64,000 bases of DNA from Stegostoma tigrinum (GCF_030684315.1 NC_081383.1:26147942-26211941), one strand, 5' to 3'. Shown: positions 41,941 through 55,337, counted from the first letter of the stretch. Notes: generated by a model not told the origin, from the letters alone. Program-made: numbers and translations.

Positions 41941-44900
41941 GGCACACCGTCAGCAGGGAGTGGAACAGCGGTCATCGAGGCAGCCTCAATATAATGGAAA
42001 CCCAACCCCCTGTGCAGCCTATTAGAGTGGAATATGCAAACGGACAATTAGTGAGTGTGAGGGGTTCGGTCTCTCCTGCTAACGAGGTGTGACTCCAAAG
42101 CCAGGAAGGACCTTGCTTTTCAACTGTAATACACATTGACCCCGGACTCACATGGAGGACCTCCCTTCCGATTGTACTGACACGGTCGGGGCCACTTTCT
42201 AAGCCCTTGCGTGATTAATTTTCGCTAATGAAACCATTAACTGTACAAACAGAGGGTGCTGACAGGGACAAGGTCAGAGAAATAGCTTTGGAAGAATTGT
42301 TAAAGAGTGGAAAGGGTAAATAAAACTCAAGAAAGACTGGATTAGCAAAATACCTCAGGTCAGAGAGCTATCAGATGTTTAATTAGAAACTGTTGGGATA
42401 AGGGCAAAAGTGAGTCCAGTTGTTGTGATAGTCGTATGTAGATACTGTGATGTAAAACGAAAGGATCGTTTCTTTCTCTCTAAACCTACAAGCAATTGCT
42501 GTTCAGGTGGGCACTACAGAAACACAAAGCATGAGGAATCTGTGGGACAACATTCTGTTGCATTTCACGTGTAACAAGTGTAATGACATTCGGTCCATCG
42601 TGTATAGGAAGAACTTTTGAATGAAGGACAATTTTTTTTGGAAGGAAGGAGAAAAGATACAAATCTGTATACTCTTCTGCGATAGGGGTGATTGCAGTGT
42701 CAGCCCACTTCGTCTAAAGAAGCTGCCAGATTGCAATGTGCCCTTTCACCTCCTTTGACTTTCCATGTCTTTTCATCTACCCCAGGCTTCCTTTACTCAA
42801 ATGCGCTGGAGCATTCAAATAGTTTGTATTAACATTAGATGGGAAATGAAAACCTGTATAATGCTATTCATGGTGCAAAACTCCTTTTACAGCTAAGGAG
42901 GTACATTTGAAGGCCAGGATAATAAAATGTGAGGCTGGATGAACACAGCAGGCCCAGCAGCATCTCAGGAGCACAAAAGCTGATGTTTCGGGCCTAGACC
43001 CTTCATCAGAGAGGCCTTTTGGTGGCATGACTGGCAACATACCTGTAGCAAGAACCTGGCAACAAATCATCTCATTTAATAGTACTGGTTGAAGGATATA
43101 TATTGGTCAGTTATTGGGAGAATTATACTGCTGAAGTATAACAAGAGGTGTTTAGTTATCAGATCCTCTTGGTGCCTCAGAATGAAATAGTTTTTTGCAT
43201 TTGAAGAAACTGCGTTTTTTGCAACTGTGGAGAAGTTTTGACAAATGTCAAATTTCCAAAGCTTCATTTGTTTGTTTACCTCTGCACGGACTGTACAGAA
43301 TTGGTTTAGAATATTTGTATATATTTCTGGATATTTTTTATGAATAAAGTGTATATTTTGAAAAGTGGTTCAGGTGATAGATCATTACAGACATGCAGTA
43401 ACAGCACAAAAGGAAAAAAATTGTGCACAGTAGAAGTTGGTCTTAAAAACAAAGTGCTGGAAACAGCAGATCTGGCAGCATCTTGTGACAATAAATTGCT
43501 AATGAATGGCTGATCATTTCTTTGGATTACGATCAAGAATGAATATTACTGCTTTCAGTTTATGCTGCTTGGCTTTCTAAAAAACTTTTTATATTTATGC
43601 TTCAAAGTGTTGCCTACAAAAGCTTAAATTACTTCTTTGAATATATCTGTGGAAATAGTGATTTGTTAAGGTGATAGGGCTCCAGGGGCAGCAAAGAAAA
43701 AGTAAAGCAAGAGAGAACAATAGCTAGATCATAAAGACAAACAAAGCCTGACAACAAACTAAAAGGTATGATTATATCTGAAGTAGAAAGGGGTTTGAAG
43801 AGTAGGGCTGTATGTCAGAAAGAATACAAATGAAATGGACTTCCGAAACTGTCTTTATCTCTTATGATCCTATGTCTAATGGGAAAGAACAACTTTGGAC
43901 ATCTGTTGCAAAAAAGTACCTCTAATGTGACACGAATGAGAATCACTGCTTCAGAGCCAGGATGAACCAATCTTCAAAGATCAGATTCAATCCGATTTGC
44001 TCCTTGTATTTCTTACTCACAGATTTGCTCTCTGTGTATTGCGTGGCTTGGAGGTTTGCACTGTTCTTATTGTTTACAGCAGGGATGTTGAGCCTTTTTA
44101 CACAAGGGGCCACATTTCAATTTCTCCCTCACTTTAGGGGAGGGGGTGTAGTTCAGTGAGCAACTTTCAGAAAGATGATGTTTACCAAAAACCTATTGTG
44201 GTAAACATCATGTGAATCTCAGAAAGTCAAAAGCAATGAAGTAATAATTTAACTGAATAATTGAAAAAAAAGGTCCATTAAGAAATGCCAAGGGCCAGAG
44301 CTAACCAATGAAACCTCTCTTTGTGTCCATGGAATTCAACAGTAGGAGTTGGAAGTGGGTGTCTCCCAGTTCGTAATTTATTTTGTCCTGCAAGCTTTAT
44401 GGATAAGCTTTGCAAGGTGGAGGGTGGGAAGAAAAGGTAAAGGACAGGTATATGTGTGTCTGTCTTTTTCACTGATCTACCCATCCTGAAAGATCCCCTG
44501 GTAGCTCATTATTGAGCCTATCAGCAGCAAACATAGGAGAAAACTGCATCTTATTGGAGTAGCAGCTCCTAGCAGAATGTTCCAGTTACACTTATCTCTA
44601 TATGTAAAAAGGCTCAGCATGCAGTATATCTGGGCAGTTGCGGCCTGTTGGCCTAGCCTAGGCAGGAATAGGCTATTTAACATCTTGAGCTTTTTTGCTA
44701 TCAATTTAGGACTGATTTGGCACATTTCATTTGATGATTTTATTGAATAACCTTGACAATCTCAATTTTAAAAATTGTAATTGCCCCAACATTGTAGGCT
44801 TTTGAGGAAAGGAGTGCCACATTTCAGCAAACTTAGTATGAATAAATATTTTGCTTCTGAATGGCCAAGCAACATTTTTCAGATTGTCCTGAATTTCTCA

Positions 44901-46129
44901 GCCAGAGGAAATCACTTACCTATATCTGCAAAATCAACACCAGAACTAAAATAACTCTCACTCTTTTAAACTCAAGGTAATATAAATTAACCTTTATGCA
45001 ATTTGACCTCATTACTTAACCTTTTAAGCTGAAATAGCATTTTGATTATCTGTTCTGTAACCCCTAACAGGTTAATGCATCCCAGACACGTTGTACACTG
45101 GATCAAATTGTAAACTTGCTGGCATGCAGAAGTCATCATATTTTCTTATCATAGGTTAAATCTTTTGAAAGAGATGAAATAAAGTTTCTGGGTTTCCTTT
45201 ACACTGCTCACTAAATGACAAGGGATGCTCATTCCTCACCACTTTATAAAGGGTCATTTGAGGCCATTTGAAAAAAAAGAGAAGTGCTAAAATAGCAGAT
45301 CCCAGCAATATCAGCATACAAAAGAAATTTATCAGGCCAGGCTGGAGAATCTTTTTCTACTGGAAGAGTGCAAGACCTTCTGTTAACCCACAGTTGGGAA
45401 TCTGAATAATAATGGCAGTGAAGAATTTCCTCACTGGTAGAAAATTAGGGACTTTATGATCATAACCCAGGCCTGATTTCTAATACATCTATTTGTTTCT
45501 TGCTAAACGCCACACTCCTGGCACAGCTTCAAAATAGTTAGACAATTATGCCTTCATTTTAGGGAATCCCTGAGGATTAACAACGTCTAGCTTCCTCTCC
45601 AGTTTGAAAGGCTCTAAAATGCTGATTAGACCAATGTGTGATTGGCACACTCTGTCATGTGTGGGACAGATTGTTCATATGGGTACATATTTGGAGATTT
45701 GTGTTACTCTCTTCAGCACTTCAACTTCCCCTGAGCACATTCCTGGTCAAATCACTGGATGTGCTGGCTGCCCTCATGAACTAGCCTTCTCCTTCTTCAG
45801 TTATAAGCCAGGGTTTACCATGAATTGGTAGGGATGTTTGATCTTTCAGGGTAGCTTTGAGGACACTCCTCAAATGTTTTAGCCATTATCTTAGGAGACT
45901 TCTGCTATGACTGTGAGTAGCTGTAACTGGAACTCCAAGTAGAACAATTGCAATGAGCAATTTGAATGATGTGACCCATTAGCAGAAACTGTTCTTTAGT
46001 GACTAGCATCTTGATGCTGGGCAGGTTAGATCCCAGATTTGATCCTTGGTGAGAAAAACTTTGCATGGTGTTTACAAGGTGTAACCAAATTAGTGTAATA
46101 TCTGTAACACTCATTATTGCCTCATAACT

Positions 46130-46720
46130 GTATTGGTCAGTGCATTGAGCTTAGGAGTTGGGAGATCATGTTGCAACTGTGCAGGACATTAGTTAGGTCA
46201 CTTTTGGAATACTGTAGGAAGGATTTTGAGAAACTTGAAAGGGTTCAGAAAAGATTTACAAAGATGTTGCCAGGGTTGAGGGTTTGAGCTATAGGCAGAG
46301 TCTGAATAGGCTGGGGCTATTTTCCCTGGAGCGCCAGAGGCTGGCAGGGGTGACATTATAGAGGTTTATAAAATCATGCAGGTCGTGGATAAAGTGAATA
46401 AGCAAGGTATTTTCCGTGGGGTGGGGGAGTCCAAAACTAAAGGGCGTAGATGAGAGGGGAAAGATTAAAAAAGGGCCTAAGGGGTAACTTTTTCACACAG
46501 AAGATGGCATGTATTTGGAATGAGCTGCCAGAGGAAGTGGTGGAGACTGGTACAATTACAACATTTAAAAGGCATCTGGATAGGTATATGAATAGGAAGG
46601 GTTTAGAGGGATATGGGTCAAATGCTGGCAAATGGGACTAGATTAATTTAGGATATCTGGTCGGCATGGATGAGTTGGACCGAATTGCCTGTTTCCATGC
46701 TGTACATCTCTATGACTCTA
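46130..46720 (+). mobile_element. CR1 LINE 3' fragment
   Basis: GNFFTQKMACIWNELPEEVVETGTITTFKRHLDRYM C-terminus and (ctatgact) tail. Confidence 0.85.
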
Positions 46721-47599
46721 ATTACTGCTGTTTGTTACGTATGAATAACACCAACAGTTATATAATGTCAAAATTTGCAGATGGCATGAAACCTAAATGT
46801 AATAACCACTGAGGAGCAATGTTTCCTCCATGTTCTCTGGCCGTGCACACCGATCAGTGTGCCAAAGCATCGACTTCTGGAATTTCAGAGTCACTGCCAT
46901 TCATGGACCTTGGGGGTCTGTGCAGAAGGAAAATAAGCAGAGGAATATCACTGAGGAGGCTAGTAACAGACTTAAGGAAGGCAGACAAACTGGAAAATAG
47001 GAAGCTGAATTTTAACACAGATGTGTAAAATGATGCATTTTGCAAAGGATGAATGAGGCAGTTTATATACTCAATGCTACAATTTTAAACGTTGCTTGGA
47101 AAGGTGATGGAAACAGGTTCAATTTTAGCATTCATTATGGAATTGAAAAAGTACCTTTACAGGGCTATGGGGAAAGAGCAGAGAAATGGGACTGATTGAT
47201 TGGTTTGTTCAAAGATTTGGCACAGGTTTAATAGGCTAAATAGTCTTATTTGTGCTACATCATTCTGTAATTCTGTGATAATCAAGAGAAATATCTGCCA
47301 AATATTTCTTGGCAAAAGAGAACACTGTGCATTTTTCTGGAAGAACACCTTTAAGCACTTCTCTTTTCACCTAATTTTGTTACTTCAAAGGCTAGTCAGC
47401 AATTTGTTCTTTTTCTTCTGATATTCACATTGAAATCCAGCCTGGGAAAAGGGGACATTTCATCTCCCTGTCAGGGATATAGAGCAGTTTAGCCCTAATT
47501 CTGAGTGTCTCCATTCAATCTAGTTCAAATTGGTAGTCTCACTTAGAAATTTGGACATCAGAAGTAACAGTTGAGGATGATCTGAGGTTAAGGTAATGG

Positions 47600-47872
47600 T
47601 AGTAATAAAGGAGATAGTAAGAACTGCCGATGCTGGAGTCAGAGACGACACAGTGTGGAACTTGAGGAACACAGCAGGCCAGACAGCATCAGAGGAGCAG
47701 GCAAGTTGATGTTTCGGGTCAGAGCCCTTCTTCAGAAATGATCTTCAAAAATAAATTTTCTTCAGAAAACCTGATTTCTGAAGAAGAGTCCTGACCCGAA
47801 ATGTCAGCTTTCCGGCTCCTCTGCTGTGTTCCTGCAGCTCTGCACTGTGTTATCTATGATAGTAATAAAGGA
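47600..47872. mobile_element. Penelope-derived hairpin element with two opposed hammerhead-like motifs
   Basis: Inverted arms at about 47640-47738 and 47775-47855; 13-bp direct repeat tagtaataaagga at 47600-47612 and 47860-47872. Confidence 0.75.
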
Positions 47873-48814
47873 CTTTTAATTACATACTATCTTTCATGTT
47901 TCCACAACACTCCCAAGTGTTTTATAGCCATTGTAATTTTTAAGTTTACTCTGTTGTAATGTAGGAGGATTTCAACTGTACATCAGGTATGGCTGTGTCA
48001 TAAATACATTCTCTGGAAATGGATTGACAGTTTTGATACATCTGGTGTTCAAGGTATCTCCTTCCATGCACTAATGAACCCGGGTTGTACCTGAACTGTG
48101 AGTGTTTGCTGATGACAATGGAGGATAACATAAGAAATAGTCAATTTGTTGTCAGTGATGTTCATCAGCTTAAGCACAGAAGAAGAACCAAATGCCCAGA
48201 TTTGCACTGATTAAACTCAACTGAAAAGTTCCATTACAAAAGACTACACACTGCAGACAATAAATGCTATAAATGGAGTATGGTTTCACGTTGCTTCCAT
48301 GAGTTTTATTCATTTGAATTATCTGATCGTCTTAAATGTTCCATTACAGAAACATTTCAGGACCTTTTCAGCGAACCACTGCTTGTGAACAGTTTTAAAG
48401 GACCATTCTGCTGCGAGCTAGCTGTCAGCATCCAACAATGATGTTCACCGGTGGCAGGAGGAAATCAGTAAAACTTAATTTAGTTATCACATTTGATTAG
48501 TTATATTTTTATATCCATCAATTAGTGTCAAGAACAAAAAGGTTTCATTAAGCAATTCTTACTTTATTGGTTAAACATCATTAATCTGAAATTGAATAAA
48601 TGAGTTGAGGTGTCTCTGTGGTAGCTAACTTATCAGAAACTGCAACTTGAAAGACATAACAATGAAGTCAATACAGTATATGGTGGAAATACTCAAGGAG
48701 TCTGGCAGTTTTGTGGAACAAGAAACAGTTAGTGTTTCAGCTCCAGGGATGGGTAGTAAAAACTGACCTAGCCATGCTTAACTAAATAATTCAAAAAACT
48801 TTTAGAATACCACG

Positions 48815-50956
48815 TACAATTCTGGTCGGTCTTCTCTCAGAAGGATGTTGTTAACATGAAAAGGTGCAGAAACGATTTATAAGGATGTTGTTGGGATTGG
48901 AGGATTTGAGCTATAGGGAGAGGCTGAATAAGGTGGGGCTTTTCTCCCTGAAGTGTCGGAGACCAAGGGGTGACTTTTTTGAGGTTTATTAAGTCATGAA
49001 GGGCATGAATAGGGCAAATAGCCAGGGCTTATTTCCCATGGCATGGGAGTCCAAAACTAGAGGGTGTAGGATTAAAGTGAAAGGGCAAAGATTTAAATAG
49101 GACCTGAGGGGTGACTTTGTTTTGCGATTTATTGTCACGTGTATTTTTCCAAAAAAGCACAGTGATAAGTTTTATGAGTCACCATATCACAATGCCTAAC
49201 TTAATGACCGATGTCAAAAATAGTAAAATTTCATCACAGTTAAATGAATGACTCCTAGGTTTCGGGAATGCTGGAAAACTAGACCAAGACCACCATGCAG
49301 TGCTGGGTCGAGATAGCCCTGCTATGCCAAGACAAGACCCCCACACTGGGCAACTGGAAGACCCTTGCTTTGGAGGCAGCTTTTGGACAAAACCTGTACC
49401 ATGGGACTAGACTTTCAGGCCGGTCTGCTGGAATAGAACGAAGAACAAAGAACAAAGAACAAAGAAAATGACAGCACAGAAATGGGCCCTTCGGCCCTCC
49501 AGGCCTGCGCCCATCCAGATCCTCTATCTAAACCTGCTGCCTAATTTCCAATGATCTGAATCCCTCTGTTCCCTGCCCAGTCATGTGTCTGTCTAGATGC
49601 ACCTTAAATGACGCTATCATGCCTGTCTCTACCACCTCCGCTGACAACGTGTTTCAGGCACCCACCACGCTCTGCAGAAAGAACTTCCCACGCATATCTC
49701 CCTTAACCTTTCCCCTCTCACCTTGAAATCGTGACCTCTAGCATTTGAGCCCCTCACTCTGGGAAAAAGCTTCTTGCTATCCACCCTGTCTATACCTCTT
49801 AATGATTTTGTAGACCTCAAATCAGGTCCCCCCTCAACCTCCATCTTTCTAATGTAAATAATCCTAATCTACTCAACCTCTCCTCATAGCTAGTGCCCTC
49901 CATACCAGGCAACATCCTGGTGAACCTCCTCTGCACCCTCGCCGAAGCATCCACATCCTTTTGGTAATGTGGCAACCAGAACTGTACACAGTATTCCAAA
50001 TGTGGTCGAACCAAATTCCTATACAACTGTAACATGACCTGCCAACACTTGTACTCAATGCCCTGTCTGACGAATGCATGCCGTATGCCTTCTTGACCAC
50101 TGTATTGACCTGCGTTGCCTTCAGGGTACAATGGACCTGAACACCCAGATCTCTCAGTGTATCAATTTTCCCCAGGGCTTTTCCATTTCCCGTGTAGTTC
50201 GCTCTTGAATTAGATCTTCCAAAAAGCATCACCTCGTATTTGCCTGGATTGAACTCCATCTGCCATTTCTCCTCCCAGCTTTCCAATCTATCTGTATTGT
50301 GCTGCATTCTCCGACAGTCCCCTTCACCATCTGCTACTCCACCCATCTTGGTGTCATCTGCAGTGACACCCAGAAACCATCGAAGAAGATCTCCATACCG
50401 TGATAAGAACGCCACTCAAGGTCGAGACCATCCCTCTTGGGCAAGACCGCCACATCGAGCACCACCACGCTAGGAGACTGCCCCGCCAGGTATTAGGCTA
50501 ATACTGCCAATCTGGGCTGTTGAAAGCTACCTTGTTTCTGGGCCTGGGTCAGAGAAGATGCCTTCCATTGGTGTCATTAAAAGAAGGTAAGGTACCATAA
50601 TAATTTGGAGTTTGCTGTGTGTAAATCCTCCTTGCCTCACCCCTTGTAAAGGGAGTCTATAAACTCCATCCCTGTCAGTCCAGAAGAGACATTCACAATA
50701 TTCTCTCTCTCTCTTTAGGCACAGAATGACCACACAGACAGTGGTATATGAATAGAACGAGATGCTAGAGGAAGTGATGGAGGCGATAGAATTACTACAC
50801 TCAAGAGGCATCTAGATGGGCATATGAACAGAAAGGATTGAAAGGGATAGGGGCCACATGCTGGCACATGGGACTAGGTCAGAATGGGATGTTTTGCCAG
50901 CACGGACGAGTTAGACCGAAGGGTCTGGTTCTGTGCCGTATGACTTTATGATTCTA
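48815..50956 (+). mobile_element. Old CR1 3' fragment split by nested insertions (pieces at about 48815-49117 and 50745-50956)
   Basis: CR1 sequence stops at gacctgaggggtgacttt and resumes at cacacagacagtggtatatg..gaacgag..gaggaagtgatggaggc in the same orientation. Confidence 0.65.
49437..50362 (-). mobile_element. Younger 5'-truncated CR1 LINE
   Basis: ADDTKMGG RT motif, WQMEFNPGK, LYRNLVRPHLEYCVQFW..RVQRRFTRMLPG, and a (ttctttg)n tail at 49437-49468. Confidence 0.9.
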
Positions 50957-51102
50957 AAACAATGGTCGATTGTCATCCTTGAGTGGCGTTCTTATCACGG
51001 TATGGAGATCTTCTTCGATGGTTTCTGGGTGTCACTGCAGATGACACCAAGATGGGTGGAGTAGCAGATAGTGAAGGGGACTGTCGGAGAATGCAGCACA
51101 AT
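50296..51102. repeat. 126-bp inverted duplication (50296-50421 and 50977-51102)
   Basis: Arms are reverse complements with one visible mismatch; explains the duplicated MAFLSRYGDLLRWFLGVTADDTK ORFs on opposite strands. Confidence 0.9.
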
Positions 51103-53000
51103 TTTGTCAGAGTTGAACAAAGAAAATGTTTCTGTAAAAGTCTTTTTTTCCCCTTTATTCATTCAATGGATGAGGGTGTCACTGGCCAGGCCAGCATTTA
51201 TTGCCCATCTCTAATTGCCCAGAGGGCAATTATGAGTCAACCACATTGCAGTGGGTCAGGAATTGTAAGTAGAACAGACCAGGTAAAGATGACAATTTCT
51301 GCCCTAAAGGACATTATTCAACCAGATGGGTTTTTCTCACAATAGGCAGTGGATTCATGGTCATCATTAGACTCTTAAATCCAGACATCTATTGAACTCA
51401 AATTCCACCATCTGCTGTGGTGGGATTCAAATCTGGGTCCCCAGAATATTACCTGGGTTTTTGGATTAACAGTCCAGCGATAATACCACTGCCTCCCCCT
51501 TTATTTATTAACACAATAGAGGTTATTTACCGTCTGATGCATGTGGTATAAATAATCGTGTCACGCACGTCACCTTATCAGGCTGTTTGCACTTGCTCAC
51601 TATGGTTTGCTGCCACCATCGTCTTGTTGAGTAGGGATACACAGGAGCATATTTGGGAAACCAGTTGCTACTAAAGCAAAGAGGCTGTTGTCCTTGATGA
51701 GATGTGTACAGTTTCTAGCATGCGATAAACCGCATGTCACACTGAAGTGTTAGACATTGTTACAGAGACTATGAAGAGGACATGAATGGTTACCCTAATG
51801 CCCCTACCATGTCTGTATGACTTCATCATTGTAGGTGGTCCTTGAAGCACTCCACCATAATAACCCTTTCAGACCCTACATCCTTATGCAACAGTAATGT
51901 TTAATGTGAAACAGATGGATCAACATATTGAATACAGAGCTATTGCCGCTCAATCAAGAGTAGAACAGCCGTTGAGAACAGTCCTGTGTCGCTTATTTTC
52001 TTTCCTTATATAATTGCTTTTAAATGGAATCAACCCAACTTAGTACATTCAGCCCAATCGCAGTTGCTACACATGGAGCTCAGTGCGTGGGCCTGAAATT
52101 CTAACTGGGCCCGAGCGAAAGGTCATTACTGGAGGATCTGATGGGTTAGAATCTGGGCTCCATTTCAAATCTGCCCATACTCTTAAGAACTTTTCCAAGG
52201 ATTCAAACAGGGTCAATTCTACATTTGTCTTCTGCCATGCTAAGTCAAGTAACCTAGGCAAATCCAAGACTTCTGTTTGGTAGCAAAACAAATTCTAGCC
52301 AGAAGCTGTCATGAATCTCATTGAAGTTCCAGGAGAGGACCTAGAAAATGTGTAGCCATTAATAGATTGCAGAGAGGATCAATTACTTTCTGGAACTTCC
52401 CTTTGGAACTGAATATTTCATCACTGCACAAGTCACTGGGTCCTTGGCTTCCTATCCTGTCAGAACCCAGCTTACTCACAGGTTGCTCGAATGAGTGCTA
52501 TTGAGCTGTTTACAGTTGTGGGCCTCTGGCTCCAAGTTTGCATTTTACTCCAGTTATTTGATTAGCGAGCAAGTCAAAGACTCAATACCTAGTTTGTGCT
52601 GAGCTAGCAATATTTATTAATTGATCTTCCTGCCCTGAAGAAAGTGTGAAGAACATAACTAGGGCTTATTGCAGTTGGCTCAACAGAAATCTCTCTAATA
52701 GCTCTTGCTGGGATCCAGGTGAGGATAACAATTGGATAATGATTTGCAGAAATCAAAATCATGGGTGAGGTAACCGTGGCTTTGAAACCCATTCAGTTGT
52801 CTGGAAAAAGAGCAGTCCACAATCCATATAAAAAGGAAGACATGACGCAAGGCAGTTGATTGGCTGTTAGCGTTGTGGTAATCTCTACTTTTACTGGTTC
52901 TGCAATGTGGCTGTGAACTGGATATCTGACAACTGACAGCATTTTCCTGCATTAATGATCACTGTTGGTGTAATTCTACTTTCTGTCTCCATGTTCACTA

Positions 53001-53139
53001 TTATATCGTCCCATGGCATTTGCCGAATTTGATGAACTTTCCAGGTCAGCTCCTGAATGCGAGAGTTTCATATTCCTGAGGGGAACAACCATTCGATGAG
53101 CTGTCTTCACAAATCAAGCGCTGGTCCTTCTGAGAATTC
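53001..53139 (-). pseudogene. pnhd: pinhead terminal exon (disabled)
   Basis: tttttttgag|G AAT.. translates (R)NSQKDQRLICEDSSSNGCSPQEYETLAFRS*PGKFIKFGKCHGTI*, resembling the recalled Pinhead C-terminus (C.PQ.YE...FRSR.G...CKC). In-frame TGA at 53048-53046; acceptor is GAG. Confidence 0.75.
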
Positions 53140-53265
53140 CTCAAAAAAAAATGGGACGAGTTATCTACATCTTCGATAAAGAGAACAGATTTCACTTATG
53201 GAACTTTGGGTAAGTATTAGCAGTGAATAGGGGACATAACTTGAAACTTTGACAGTGAGTACCTC

Positions 53266-54949
53266 TAAGATGAATATGAGATTTAGGATGGAGAGCAGTA
53301 GCGATATTTTACAAGAGCTCATAAGGCTATTGAATGCACTACTAGTACCAGGATTAAAGCACAGACCATAGTGTATATTATGTACAAGTTTCGCCAAAAC
53401 TCTTGCAAAAATATTAATGGATTAATCAATATTTCAACACATCACAATCTTGTCAAAAATCCAACCAGCCTTTAAGTACAGTACATTCAAAACGCAGCTG
53501 AACAGTTACTGCATCACCGTCTTTCATAAATGTCCTTTCAACTCACCAACTGACTATCTGCAAGAGCTAGAATTACACAGGCCCCCTTAAGTTGAAGTAA
53601 ACCAAACTCAAAAAGACACACAGATCATGGCAGGAAGGTCAGCATCCTAGATTTCATATTCTGAAACAGACCTGTAAAACCAAGCTGAACTGTACTGTTA
53701 AGTTTCCACAGAATATAAGAAATCAAATAGCAATAAGTGATATTTTCTGCACAGTAGGACAATTGCAGAATTGTTCCTCTCAATAGAAATTATTTAAAAT
53801 TGTCTATAATAATAATAATCTAAATATTATATCTCTACCAGAGTGTCAAGCATAAGTCATTTACAGAGGTTAGATGTCTCTTTTGTTGACTTGCACAAAG
53901 CTGGATACCTCAGTAAATTCCACAGAAATTGGATACTCCTGAGAGAAATACATGAAGATTGGATACAGTACCAACAAATAATGTTGCGTATAAACTGTAT
54001 TTTGCCTCTAACTTTGTCTTGACTTGCTGAAGAACATTATATTGTTTATTCTGTGTAAGGTAAATGTCACATTTTTAAATCATGTTTTAATACTGTAAAA
54101 CCTATGGCCCAATGTCTATAGTACTGAATAGAAAGATGAGGTATATCATTGCAATTAAGTGAAGGCTACCTTGCACACTAAAAGTCTGGAGATTTTAGTT
54201 GAACATAACAATGGGAAGGATCTTGTACATTCAACATAAAGATCTCACTAATAATTTAAGGATCTATGGATATGTGAGCCTTCAAAAGAATTTCCAGTGG
54301 CACATCACTTCGGCATGTTTGTATTCCACTGACACGATTTTAGCATGGCAGTAATTTAAGCTGATACTTTCTCTGAAATAGTGATCCAATGAACACTTTT
54401 GGAGTGCACTGAACATTCTGCTAATTATCTTGTGATATCTTCAGATAGCTTTGCAAGAAAGGCAGTATGTAAATCTTTTCAATAAAGCAATAAAAGAACT
54501 CTGATTCTTAATATCATAATAAAATAATGGATTACCTTTGGCTTTTGTTTTTCTCTCTTGAGGTTTCTATTTCTGTACTACTGTTTCTTATTTTAGCATT
54601 AAAGCAAATTCACTTAATCCCTTGTGCCAGCTTTGTTTCCAAATCCATTTAATTCACTTTCTTTTGAGCACCTAACCAACTTGCTTTTAATGTTGACATT
54701 GACAGTAGAATTTCCCCAGAGATTCTCCTGATCTCCCTCTGTAACTTTGCCAGAAATTCAGAGAAATAGCATAAACAGCCACTTAAGCTGTTGCTGTGGC
54801 ACATCCATTAATGTTTTGGCGAAACTTGTACATAATATACACTATGGTCTGTGCTTTAATCCTCGTACTAGTAGTGCATTCAATAGCCTCATACGCTTCT
54901 TGTAAAATATCACTGCTGTTCTCTATCCTAAATCTCATATTTAATCTTA
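53266..54949. repeat. About 135-bp inverted repeat pair (53266-53400 and 54813-54949) in the last pinhead intron
   Basis: Direct comparison: the inner ~75 bp has one mismatch and overall identity is roughly 90% by eye. Confidence 0.85.
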
Positions 54950-55337
54950 TGTTCCCTCATTTTGAACCCTCAATCTGGAAAAAGATGTTTTCCATTAATT
55001 AAGTTCTATCTTTTCATGACAAAAATTAATAAATTAAGTCATATTGAACTTTCTTCAAACACAGCTAAAAACTTGCATTTTTCATCACATTTGCCTCCAC
55101 ATTTGTATTTTCTTGGCAGGCAGGCAGTGTCCTGTTAAACCCTCCTTGTATCCTCTATTGTCTTAAAAACTTTACTAAAGTGTGAAACCAGAATCTGCTC
55201 AAAATACTTCTGCTATGATTTTACTATGGTTTAATATACCAGTGCACCTTGACTTTTGTACTCTCTATCTTGAGGTAGAACACAGCATGCTATTGGCCTT
55301 TTACTGGCCTATGTTGTTTGAGGTGGAGCAAACCTGA

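Noticed and set aside
53046-53048. TGA in the pinhead last exon as selenocysteine or readthrough
   Set aside because: It falls where Arg is expected, so CGA>TGA is simpler. I saw no SECIS element, and upstream lesions already break the frame.
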